A stretch of 64,000 nt of DNA from Pocillopora damicornis (lineage: Eukaryota), in contig NW_020846801.1 of assembly GCF_003704095.1 (NCBI RefSeq), positions 186,001 through 250,000 on the forward strand, written 5' to 3'. Shown here in pieces: positions 24,301 through 36,130 of this stretch; positions within the stretch are counted from its first letter, which is position 1, and each line of letters begins with the position of its first letter. The translations under genes and the position numbers were made by a program. Under the pieces are notes generated by a model. That model was not told where the DNA came from and made no database searches. It saw nothing but the letters and a program-made list of their open reading frames with translations.

Positions 24301-27300
24301 TTTGCGTAGAGATAGCCAGTTTGCTTTATTAGTTGCTTAACATTCTAAATGCTTATGGTTCCAGAGATCTGAGTTTGAGACCTGGTTATGTAGTTGGTAG
24401 TTGTACTGTGATCTTGGGCAATATACTTGACGAATTAACTTGCTGCCTCTCACAACCAAAGAGTATAAATTGCAAAGGGCATAGCTAAGATGGGGGGGGG
24501 AAGGGGAATAAGGGTCCTGGGGTGCTGTGACCCTCCCTTTGTAAGCCTTTCTTTTGTCACATTAATTAAAACAGAGTGTGAAGGTCAACATGACAATCTG
24601 GGGAGTACCCTCTGTTTGACACAGTGTGACCCCTCCTTTGAAAATCCTGGCTGACTCCTGTAAATGGGTACAGGTGAACTGTCAGGAAAACTTGACAAAA
24701 TTTTGGAGGGTAACTTTTCATGGACTTTCATCTGAGGGCAGTAGCAATACACCTAGTCACTTCATGCCACAAAAACCTAACCAAGCTCTTATGACATTGG
24801 CCATATAGCTTAACTGCTCTCTTTCCTATCATCCTAAGCAAAAGTATCCATCTTCCTCTTGAGTGTTTTTCTTTCAAAGTTTAAAGTGTGGACATTGACT
24901 CACTTGTGAATTGTAGGAATTGTATCATTTGGAAGCCATTGGATCCAGTCATTAGCTAAAGCATCTCTGAGCCACTGATTTGAGTTATCACCAGTAATAA
25001 ATGGTGGAGGGAAGCTGTAAACATTATACAAACCAATGAATAATAAACCCTTAAACTACCATGAGTAACCAAGACAGAATTTCTCCTTACAATATCAATA
25101 CAATATCTACCAGATAAGTGATGAGATAATGAACTGATCCAATACTAAATTCCCTGAACCAACATAAGAATAATATTATTGTATGGTTAACAGTAAGGAG
25201 AATTGCATATTTGATCTGGGACTTTAAGGGTTAAACACTCAAAATTTTACTCTATAGAGTCATGAATTGATACCAAGTAATCCTAACAGAACCAGAGACA
25301 AATATATTTTTTTTCATTTTCAAAAACTGTGTGTAATAATAAGTTATTATTTTTGAACTGATGAAATCGATCTTTTACCTGTGCACTCTAAAATTCACAG
25401 TTTTTATTCCTAAATTCCTTTCAAGTTGGTAGTTAAAAAAAAAAAGTTATTTATATATTTTTAACACACCTATTCACTGGTGCACCCTCATGGTTGCCAA
25501 CAGCAGGAAATATTGTCACTCCTGGCATATATTTCTCTAAAAGTTGACTGGCATAGTTAATTGCCTCTTTCTGTACAAAAAATAATTATTATCCATGGTC
25601 AATATTTTTTCTCATTTCATGTGATGATAATTGACCTTGTGCAATTGATTATTATAGAGCTTGTGTAATACCTCTTCATCATCATTATCATCAATATCAT
25701 CATTATTATTACTGAATGAGCATTATGTAAACATCACCTGATCTGAACGTGACTGGTTCCAAATGTTGTGTGGAGGAATGTCTCCTGTCCAAATTGCATA
25801 ATCAATGTCCTGTAAAATGCACAACAACAAAGATAGGTGAACAAACATATAAAATGTAAAATTTAAATACTATATCAATTCATTCTTTTTATCAAAGCCT
25901 TCTTTCCACAAAAAGGAAGCAATTGTTTACTGCATGCCGACAATGTACATCCCAGCAAAAAAACAGATAAAACACTAATAAGAACTCCGTATATCTGCAC
26001 CTGATGTGTACTGCTGATGTGCTGCAACATACTTTCAAAAGTTATTGCAGGAATATCACACTGATAGTCTCCATATTTTCCTGCTTTGGGCTTCCCAGGT
26101 GCTGTAATCAAAACAAAGTGATAATAATCACAGACCATCTTGCAATTTAAGGTTTCATAGGTCTTTTTCGACACAAGAGCTTTTAGAAGACAAAAAATTT
26201 CCATTCAAAGTTGGCAATTCCATTGTATTCTGGCTCAATTTTGCCATTTTTGAACAGATGTGTGAATTTCCTCAAATTACATTATAAGAAGCCCTTTGAG
26301 ACCAATGGTGCCAAATCACATAATCAACTATTAATAATATCCCTTTAACTCCCATGAGTGACCAAGACAGAATTTCTCCTAAAAATATCAATGCAATATC
26401 AACCAGATAAATGATGAGAATAAAGAAAAATGTCAATTTGAGGATAAGTTGATCCAGTACTAAATCCTCTGAATTAACATTAAAAGAATTGTATGGTTGA
26501 CAGTAAGGAGAATTACAAATTTGATATGGGAGTTGAAGGGTTAAATTTCATGTAGGTTATGCTACAAGTAAAATTGATTTTCATATTATAAGAAATGGTA
26601 AACTTACTCAGCTTTCACTTATCTCATCTTTAAGAGATTGTTTGGAACTTAGCTGTATCAATCATGAGTATAAGAAATACCACAACATACCTGGAGGCTT
26701 ATCATTTTTGCGACAACACAGAGGCTCGCCACAATCAGGGTCACTCCCTTCTTGATACAGGTGATCAAGATGAACATCAGAAAAGTGTAACACACGGGAA
26801 ACTGGTGAGCCAGGCTGAAAACAAACAATAACCTTTCACTCAGCAATCTCTCCCATCATATTTCTAACTAAAATAAGCTTTTCATTCTTGAGTGATCAGA
26901 AGTTGATTTCCCTTCACAAACTGAAGAACTGTAAAAAACTGTATTTAATACATAATAAAAATTACATATATTAAAGGTGGCTTCTTTCAATAACCACCAA
27001 CAGCCAACCTTCTCTTGTTACTTGAAAGAGAAACAATGCAAGACAGGGTTTCGAAGCTTCACCCTGGTGAAAAACCTCACAGGATCTTTGAGGATCTTCA
27101 AGGATTGACAAAGNNNNNNNNNNNNNNNNNNNNNNNNNNNNNNNNNNNNNNNNNNNNNNNNNNNNNNNNNNNNNNNNNNNNNNNNNNNNNNNNNNNNNNN
27201 NNNNNNNNNNNNNGAGGCTTTCGGGAAACTTTGTGACTACTTACATGACAACAAATAGGGTTTTGCAGTATGGCATAGGAATTTATACGCGCCGAGATTT

Positions 27301-30243
27301 TTAACGGTCGCATAAAAACATAAGAAGCTCGTTGTTACGGCAAATATCATCGACAATGGTCGGAACTAAAGGGAAAATGTACACAGAAATAAAAGTAAAG
27401 GAAAGGCGTTTCCTGGAGTTCAGAAACAAGCGAAAAGAGAGACAGAAACAACCGAAATCGTCAATCAAACTCCAAGCAGGTCTCGCGATTGCTCTGACTC
27501 TGGGGCTGAATGAAAAGAATTCATTGGTACTTCTGGAAAGAAAATGAAGATGTCATCCTCGCCTAATGATTCTTACTCTGAGCTCTTGGAGAGTGAGGAT
27601 GCAAATGATGTGTTACAGGGACAAGGATACAGGCTTATCGATCTAGAGAGATTCTCCTCGACACTCACTGAAGGACATATTTCTGAAGAAGGTGTGAATT
27701 TACTTGGTTCTGTGTAACCAACTTAAAAAGCTCTTTTAGAGGTTGTCATATGAATTCCCGAAAACACTTATTTTGTACCTCAGGATGTATTAGTTCAATT
27801 AATCTGAAGTTTTCAGGGCTGTATCCTCTTACTGAGTTGAGTTGGATAAGCTGACAGTTTCTCTATAAGCTGAATTTTAAGTAAGATATTGTGGAATAAC
27901 TCACCAAATAATCTCGGTGAACTTTGAACGGGCACTATGCCCATAATATAAACAACTCCAAAAGTTCCTCAGCTCATCCAAAAGAACGACCCTAGTACTT
28001 TGTTTTGACACTAAAAACACTTGATTTCATGCAATCTTTGTGCAGTTATCTTTTCTCAAGTATACCTAGGTTTTTAACACCATGTGGTGGACAAATTGAT
28101 CTGATGTCAAATAACAAATTAGTTTAGGGCAACATATTAGTTATATTCAGTATGTGTGATTCCTAAGCTTTCCTTTGGTATATAGGTTAATATGGTTCAG
28201 AAATATAGTCATTGAAGTACTCTTGTTTGCCTTTTTTTCATGTTTACCCCCTCTGTAAGAGTAATCTGAGTCTGGTCATAGTCTGGTCCTAGACAAGTTT
28301 AACACCTATATTTTGGTCTTCTTATCTTTGAGCTGGACTGTTGCCAGATTTTTTGGAAAATGAAAATCTTAGTACTAACCTAAAGTCTGAACAGAAATAG
28401 TGTAGAAGTAGTCCTACTAGAAGAGGATGGGTAATTCTCGTTTAGCAATAAAAAAAAGTTTTATCTTCATTTTTTTATGTTTGGTTCAATTTTTCTTTTT
28501 AACTTAGTATAAGGATTTAAGTATGCTTATTTTCTTGTCAAAATTTCGAAGGTTCTATAACATTCTTGCTAAGATCTTCAAAAGATCTTTCAATTTATTG
28601 CCAAGATCTTTAAGGGTCTTTATTTTCTTTCCAAGATCTTTAAGGATCTTCAAAATTTTCAAAAAGATCCTTGAAGATCTTGGCAAGAAAATGAGAGATC
28701 CTCGAAGATCTTAACAAGAATTTGGAAGATCCTCAAAGAATTTTCAAAGATCTTTAAAGGATCTTCAAAGTTCATGTAAAGATCTTTGAAGATCCAGACA
28801 AGATCTTCAAGGATCTTGACAGGAAAATGAAAGATCCTTAAAGATCTTGTCAAGAAAGTCAAAGATCCTCAAAGATCTTGGCAAGAAAATGAAAGATCCT
28901 TGAAGATCTTGGCAAGAAAATGAAAGATCCTTGAAGATCTTGGCAAGAAAATGAAGGATCCTTGAAGATCTTAACAAGAATTTTGAAGATCCTCATGAAG
29001 ATCCTCAAGAGGATCCTCAAAGGTCCTCATGAAGATCTTGTGAGATCCTTAAAGATCCTTGAAAGATTTTCACCAGGGCTGACACACTGTATGTGTTAGA
29101 GCCTCTGAGGCCAGTCACTGCATAGCATGTTTAGTTACATCAGACAAAATTTTTAAGATGTATTTTGACCTTGTTTGACTAAAATCTCAGTCTTGAGTAT
29201 ACAGTTAAATGAAATCTCACAAAAAATTGAATCAATTTTCACAATGTCTGTTCAAAGGGTCGGTATCTCTAGCTAATTATAAATCCATCATAAATCCATG
29301 ATATTAATTTCAGTGTGACAATTCTCTTTGTTTTCTGAGGATCAGGCCATTTTACGTACGAAACTTTCAGGGTTTCTAATGTTACCCGAAGTCGTATAGT
29401 TATTGTATGTAGTACAGAATAAATTTTGTAACGCTAAATTTCAACAAGTAGCTGAATCTTGTTTTGAACGATGCGTTATGTAAGCGGCGCATCTGAACAA
29501 GTCACAAGACGAAGATTTGTTTGTCACATGACCAACATATCAGTTTGCTTGTTTGAACATTTACTTGCCTGTTCAGCCTTGCAAAATCAAACAAAGGCAA
29601 GGTTTGGGAAAAAGTTTAAGGCTTTCATACCCCTAACCTTTATTAAAATTTAGCGGGAAATAGAAATTGTGAGACGTAATTCTTAATCACGACGAGACCA
29701 AAGTTAGGAGAGTGTAAACAGAAACCGTCACAGAGAAATATTTCACAACTTAAGAAATTAGGAGGTAGAAAAACCAACCTTTGGAGGAGGAACAGGTTTA
29801 ACTGGCGGCTTATTTCCAGGCACGGTTAAATTCCAAAATTCCCCAAGATCTCTGGCATGAGCGCACGAAGGACCTAACAGACTTCCACAAAGTTCAATGG
29901 GATCGAGAAACGCTTTGTCGGCGACTGTCAATATTTCGTTTCGAAACTCTGAGATAACATCGGTACAAACTCGTGAATCCTCTATCTTCAGTTCCTTACA
30001 TAACAAACGTCCTTCATATACCACGTCTGCCTCGATTTTGTTTGTTAAGAGCGCAATTTGAGCGACAAACGCCAATAGTTTACAAACTGAACAAAGACCA
30101 GTTGACAATATTCTGTTTCGTACGTCGCTTTCTAAACGCATCACCCAAGATGTGAAACCATTTTCTTCATGAGCCGGTTTTGAAAACGAATTCAACACGA
30201 AACAAATAAGAAGAATAAAAACTAGACATGATTTCGACGCCAT
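21373..30243 (-). CDS. SMPD1: Acid sphingomyelinase (signal peptide, saposin B, Pro-rich linker, metallophosphoesterase); penultimate exon not seen
   Basis: Exons 30243-29779, 26814-26691, 26101-26001, 25809-25738, 25570-25470, 25014-24904, 24210-24130, 23975-23888, 23330-23152, 22467-22371, [missing], 21541-21373. Motifs [48 protein letters not shown] and C-terminal FC*. Confidence 0.92.
24350..24800 (+). mobile_element. Decayed SINE-like repeat, interrupted by a second insertion
   Basis: A B-box-like GAGTTTGAGACC is followed by TCTTGGGCAA...TGCCTCTC...GTATAAAT...GGGTAC...GTAGCAATAC..CTAGTCACTTCATGC, which resembles Nin/Deu-type SINE cores (from memory). Confidence 0.4.
25044..25234. mobile_element. 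TTAA-type MITE copy in SMPD1 intron
   Basis: Same family core as the other copies; ends AAGGGTTAA. Confidence 0.6.
26341..26544. mobile_element. TTAA-type MITE copy in SMPD1 intron
   Basis: CCCTTTAACTCCCA...TGGGAGTTGAAGGGTTAA terminal inverted repeats. Confidence 0.65.
27062..29078. mobile_element. About 2-kb non-autonomous DNA transposon with CCC...GGG termini in SMPD1 intron 1
   Basis: Left end CCCTGGTGAAAAACCTCACAGGATCTTTGAGGATCT and right end AGATCCTTAAAGATCCTTGAAAGATTTTCACCAGGG form an imperfect TIR of about 36 bp. No clear TSD, and there is a gap inside. Confidence 0.7.
28570..29066. repeat. Subterminal AAGATCTT/AAGATCCT repeat array including 31-bp tandem units
   Basis: GATCCTTGAAGATCTTGGCAAGAAAATGAAA is repeated in tandem at about 28864-28975, within dozens of GATC-centred motifs. 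Confidence 0.85.
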
Positions 30244-30355
30244 CACCGTCCGAGAAAGCGAAAGAAAAATGATAATACTCCTTCCCTATGTACAATTGAA
30301 ATGATATGACGTTTATAACGTGGGAGTGGCGGAGGTGCGGTGATCGTATGATTGA

Positions 30356-30364
30356 GCACGTGAC
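30356..30364 (-). promoter_or_regulatory. CLEAR-like E-box (GTCACGTGC) upstream of SMPD1
   Basis: Near match to the TFEB/MiT consensus GTCACGTGAC, about 115 bp upstream of the ATG of a lysosomal enzyme, in a CpG-richer segment. Confidence 0.45.
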
Positions 30365-31095
30365 TCTTGCAATTATGCGCCCGCACTAAGGTACTCTCTG
30401 CGCATTGCTCCATAAGGAAGCTGCAACAAATTACTTAATGAAATTAATGCTTCCTCTTGGGAAACAACAAATTAATGTTTCGAAAATATCGCTCTCTTTA
30501 CTTTGAAAGTGAAAAAGTGCAAGAAAAAAGTGGCAGAAAATCCTGTGGAAAGAATTTCCAAGTTCCGCTTTGATGAATTTCAAATATCTAGCTTTGTTTC
30601 AGCTGAAATATGGCGTTTGTGACCTGGTGTCTGTTGTTATTCCCCGTGCCTTCCTTCATAACCCTGTCTAGCAGGGAAAGGTGCGGCTTCGGAGGACTGG
30701 GACTCGGAATTGATTCCGATGCAAAGTTTCTCTATCAAATCAGTCATGGTGATGTTGAGAGTGCGGGCAATTCTTGGAAACGATTTCAAAACGATACCGG
30801 GGACAGAAAGCATTTTCAAATTTAAGATGATTGGCGTAAACGAGGCTTATTTCGTTTAATCAGATGCACCACGTTAACGACCTCATTAGCGAATGATAAA
30901 TAAGCTGCCTCTACCTGATTCCTTATTAGGCATACAGCACCTGTCAAAGGGTAAAATAAGATATCCCTTACCAATTTTTTTATTTTTACAGAAAACAAAC
31001 AATTTTGAAAGCCGCATCTTCCACGACGCAGGAAAACAGCAGTCATGAACGCATCCCTTCATTTTTAATACTGAAGCTATAAATACAACAAGATC

Positions 31096-33294
31096 ATGAT
31101 GAATTTTAAGAATATCGTTGGAATTGCTATAATACTGCATGCAGCAGGGATATTTTGCTCAAACAAGCAACTAGGTAAGTAAGTTGCTTTATTCAGATAC
31201 CTGCTTATACCTCAGCTTATGCGTATTGCTTCACGTGAGATCAGTAAAGAAACGGAATGTTCCTGTCGACAGGTACCCGTCATTGATAAACGCATGCATA
31301 TTTTTTGTTTAAAACAAGGTCTACTTTAGCAAATGCCTGTCAACAGAATGTCGTTTCTGTAAGTTTTGATCGTTTCCTCGATGCTAGAACGCGAATAACT
31401 AAGTGTCATTAGGCTTAAAATCCTTCTTAAATTTGACGGACCGGCAAGATAAATTGGGATCCATAGTCGTGTTAGAAGGCGCATATCCGAAACATTTTTA
31501 ATTCCAACAGGTCGAACGTTCTTCAACAGCTGGTAAAATGATTTTACTATTATCCCAACAAAAACATGAGGTATATAAAAGAACCGCTACATTGGGGCAT
31601 AAGTGCGGACGGTTGAGTTTATTGACAAAATGTAGAAACGCAACACGTGCTAATTCTCAGGTCTTCGAAAGTAAGGTGTCGAACTAGAGGGAAAACAGCA
31701 ACAAGAAGCAATAATGTGCTTCCGAAAGAAACAAGTTTCTTTAATATGGCCCTTCCATTTGATTAGACGTTCATGGACATAAATTGAGTCATTTTAACAA
31801 AATATAAAAGGAATCTTCGTTCGACTTAACTGAAATCGGTAAGAAATAAAGTAGCTTCTCCAGCCGTATGAGCACGCTGTCAATACGACCAGCCCTTTAT
31901 CTTTTAAATCTGGGTTTCTCAAGAGCGTTGCATCTATCTGCGATGCTCACTTATTACCCCCACGTTCTCCAAATACTGATCACGGTTTTCTTCGAATAAT
32001 TCCAAAAGGTTGTCCGAAAAACTGGAAAAGATTCGAGAAGTCGTGTTACCTATCACCAAAGTTATCCCTCAACTGGCGCGCTGCTGTTTTCAACTGCAGT
32101 GAATATAATGCTCACCTGGTCACAGTCTCCAATGCAAGAGAAAACTCTTTCCTGATTCGAGAATTCGTCATTACACAACAGCACAGCAGGCATTTTTGGC
32201 TCGGCTTACACAGAGCACCTTCCGATCCTTCGAAGTGGTTGTGGGTCGACGCATCCCCTGTGACATTCCGGGACTGGTACTCAGGGCAGCCTGACAATTA
32301 TCGCCAAGAAGAGTTTTGTGGAGAGATGTATGTTCTTGAAGTTCGCAACGGTGTGGTGAAATGGAATGACTTAAACTGTTCCCGGAGTTCAACTTTTATT
32401 TGTGAGAAAGGTGAAGATGTAAACTTCTCTATTTAAGTAATAGCCCATCTCTATGATAGCAGTCGACAGTCGTTTAACTAAAATGAGTTTTAATCTCTTG
32501 CTTCGTTGAATGCCTACAAGAAAGCTTACTCGGTCGGTTATCCAACCTTATTATATACTCAACAAAATATCGCGTTTCTGATTGGTCAATGATGAATGCA
32601 TAAATAGGTTATAGAGTGCAATACGGAGAAGTTGCCATGGAAACACCGGGGAAGCGCCAAATTTGAACACCAAATTTTAAAAAAATGGCTGACAAGATTT
32701 GTTTATTCTTGCACTTTTCATGGAGCCAGTCACGCATGTCAAAGGCCGAGTTCACATGCAAGACTCTCGCCTTAGACATAACCAAATAAATGAATACTTA
32801 ACAAAACAATATCTTGATAACCTTCCAAAGTAAAAGGAAAATGTTATTTCCAAGGAGGGTCAACTCCTTTCCTTTTTTTTTTTTCGCAACAGAACTACTC
32901 GCTTTGCCTTCGTGTACAGAGGACAACGGTGGCTGTCAACATTTTTGTTCCTCATCGAATGATCGTATAGTTTGTACGTGTAAAGATGGATTCATCTCTG
33001 AAAAGAATGGAGTGGTATGTGTTGGTGAGTGCTCATGTAGATAGCCTCGATCCGTCACTATCTAAAGTTCTTAGTAAGCCATATCTATAAAGAAGAGTTG
33101 GCTCTAATGAAATTGTCATTTGTCTTGCTATACGCAATATTTTAGATGATTATACACCCCTTTCCGTATTAAGATCTTCTGTGTAAAAGAGTTCAGAAAG
33201 CACACTGTAGGTCTCAGGGATGTCGGCCTCTAGAACGTTAAATTTTAAAACAATTTGCACTCCGCGATAAGAACGTTCAGTCTTCTCAGAGCCC

Positions 33295-33353
<59 letters not shown>

Positions 33354-33775
33354 AACGAACAGCGACGTGCATGACCCCGCACGTAGGCGACGCGAGAGTC
33401 AAGAAGAGCGTGTTTATGACAACAGAGGGTAAAGGAATATCGCAACTTTCCTCTAGAAACGTTTACTTTTTTTTCCAAAAATTTCCTGCAGATCCTAAGA
33501 TTTATTGGTCACAAGAAATTCAACACAAAGCCAACAGCTCGTTTAATGTGGCTCTACTGGTCATGCAGCTGGTATCACTTATTCTTCTCCTTCCAATGGC
33601 GCTGGTTCTAGTGTCGTTCTACAGAATAGTTTCAAAGCAAAGAAGACGAGCAAACACCCAATTTCATTCCGCAGTGGTAAATTCATCACTGTCTCAAGAT
33701 GAAAGCTTCAGAAACCAGAATACCCGGCTTACTAACGCAACATATGAAAACAGTGGCATCGGTGATAATGTTTAG
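31096..33775 (+). CDS. Type I membrane protein: signal peptide, C-type lectin domain (QPD/WND), EGF-like, TM, short tail
   Basis: Exons 31096-31174, 32009-32410, 32893-33024 and 33492-33775, all phase 1. Reads CPKNWKRFEKSCY...FWLGL...WYSGQPDN...EFC...KWNDLNC...FICEK, then CTEDNGGCQHFC...CTCKDGF, then hydrophobic VALLVMQLVSLILLLPMALVLVSFY. Confidence 0.85.
33296..33349. repeat. (GA)n microsatellite
   Basis: Uninterrupted GA run. Confidence 0.95.
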
Positions 33776-34553
33776 TTAGTTGAAAGATTAACACATCTTG
33801 AATGATAATGAATCTTAATGATATGTTTGTATGGTTATCCAAAGCTATAAGTCACCTCATACGATATTTAGGGAATATTTTAGGTGTATGATGTAGTTCA
33901 ATTCTTTCGAGTTTCAATTCATGTGGGAAATAAAATGGGAAGACTACTCGTTTTTTTTTCTTTTTCCATCGCCAAAATTTTGACTACCACCCGTTTTCGA
34001 TGCTCAGGGGATCATTCACAGTTCATCTGATTTTGTCGATTTTACGACCATTTGCATACTATACATTACGATATAATAGAAACGCGATCGATTCACTCAC
34101 CACTTCCTCCAAAGCTGCCGAGCTCCACACCGTGTTGTAGTCCAAGCTGATCCCATATTTTTGCCCCACAGACCTCTCTCACGAATGTCTTCGCCTTACG
34201 CGTCCAACCATTCCCGAAGATTAGAGATTTCTAGCTCATTATCTGCTGAACGAAAAATAAACGCACTTGCTGGTTGCACAAGGCGTTTTCCTCTCGTGTT
34301 GGGCCATCACCTCAGAGGTAGCGCACTTTAACCTGATATAAAATCATCGCATCGGTAGCGAGACTTAATTCAAACGTACTTCATTCGCACAAAACACATT
34401 AAATGCTTATTTTAAAGGAGCTCTGTCCTTTTCAGTTTATTTTTCTCATTCGGTGGATTTACCTTTCTACATATGTGAGGCAATTTTGCATGTCACAAAG
34501 TATCATAGACACTTCTTTATAAGCGAACGCGAACTACGTTCTGTGCCTTTGCA

Positions 34554-36085
34554 CTACACCTGACTTTCAATATCGCAAAGTTTCTGTCCTTCCTCTTCAC
34601 CGGTGTTGACTTTTTTCGACCCTGCCTTTGATTTCTTGGGTCCAGGCTTCTTGCAGCAATAAATCTTGTAGTCCTCAGGCCAGGCCTCCGCCTGTTCCAC
34701 GGTTTGGGGCATGGGGCTGAAAAGCGTCTCTGGCAGCCATAGACCCACTATGCCAGCGGTTACTCCAAGTATTCCGAAGATGACCAGCGGAAGCGTTTTA
34801 TTAAGATTGGGGAGGTCCGCCTTGAGGAAGAAGTGATATAATTTTAGCAATTAAAACCCCGAAAATTGGGATTGCTATCCTTGTTGTTAAAAGGCTACGG
34901 ATGATAGATATCTTACCAGTAGAACTATGTAAGGTGCCAATATTGCTCCAATACGGGCCATCATGGAGGAAACACCCACCGCTGTGTTCCTAAAGATATA
35001 GATTTGACAAATAGAAAACTGAAAGAATAATCAATTGGTGCAAATGCGTATCGCAAAGAAAAATACTTGTAGGGACGAAATTTCAGTTTTCACAAATAGC
35101 TTATTTCATTTGTTGCAATTAGATTTCATTTGTCGCATGAAAAGGTTAGGTGTTGTATTCACTTGTCACGTACCTGATAACTGTCGGGAAAAGCTCGGCA
35201 GTGAAAACATAGATGGTCAGAAAAGTGGATAAGATACAGAACTTGCCGATCATGGCCAGAGTTGTGATCACTGCTTGATATTCTGAGAATAACACGACTA
35301 GGAGTTAAGTTTTGATAGTCATAAACTGTCTGACTGACTAGCTGTTTGACAAGCTGACTGACTGGCTGTCCGAGTGATTAACTGACTGACTTTCTGGCTG
35401 ATTGATTGTCTGAATGATTAACTGACTGTCTGATTGACGGACGGACTGACTGTCTGACTGACGTACTGACTGACTGACTAACTGAACGAGTATTGACTGA
35501 CTGGCTGACTGACTGTCTGGCTGACTGACCAACTGACTGTCTGACTGACAGAATGTTTGTCTAACTGACTGACTATCTGACTTTCTGCTCGATTAACTGA
35601 TTTTCTGAATGATTGACTGACTGACTGTCTGACCGACTGTGTGGCTGATTGACCGACTGACTGGCTGAATAAGTGTCATGACTGTCTAAATTTCTCACTG
35701 ACTGACTGATTGTCTGAATGATTGACTGACTGACTGACTGACTTACTGTCTGACTGACTGCGACTGACAGACTGACCGAATGACTGACTGTCTGGCTGAC
35801 TGACTGATTAATTGCCTGACTGACTGTCTGACTAACTGAATGACTGTCTTACAGTCTAATTGACTGAATGATTAACTGATTGACGGACTGAATGAGTGTC
35901 TGACTGACTGTGTGACGGACTGTGTAGCTGACTGACTGACTGAGTGTCTGACTCATTGACTGAATGACCAAGTGTCTGCCTGACTACCTTTTTCCGCTCG
36001 ACTGACAGTCTGTCTGTCTAATTGACTGACAGACCGATTGACGAACGAACGATGGAACGAACGAACGGAAAGATGGATGAATAAA

Positions 36086-36130
<45 letters not shown>

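Noticed and set aside
14472-30243. DEPTOR and SMPD1 adjacency as a functional mTOR-lysosome cluster
   Set aside because: Neighbourhood alone is weak evidence in animal genomes, and no synteny data are available here.
35338-35532. SQSV-rich ORFs (also 20020-20465)
   Set aside because: Translations of the (GACT)n simple repeat.
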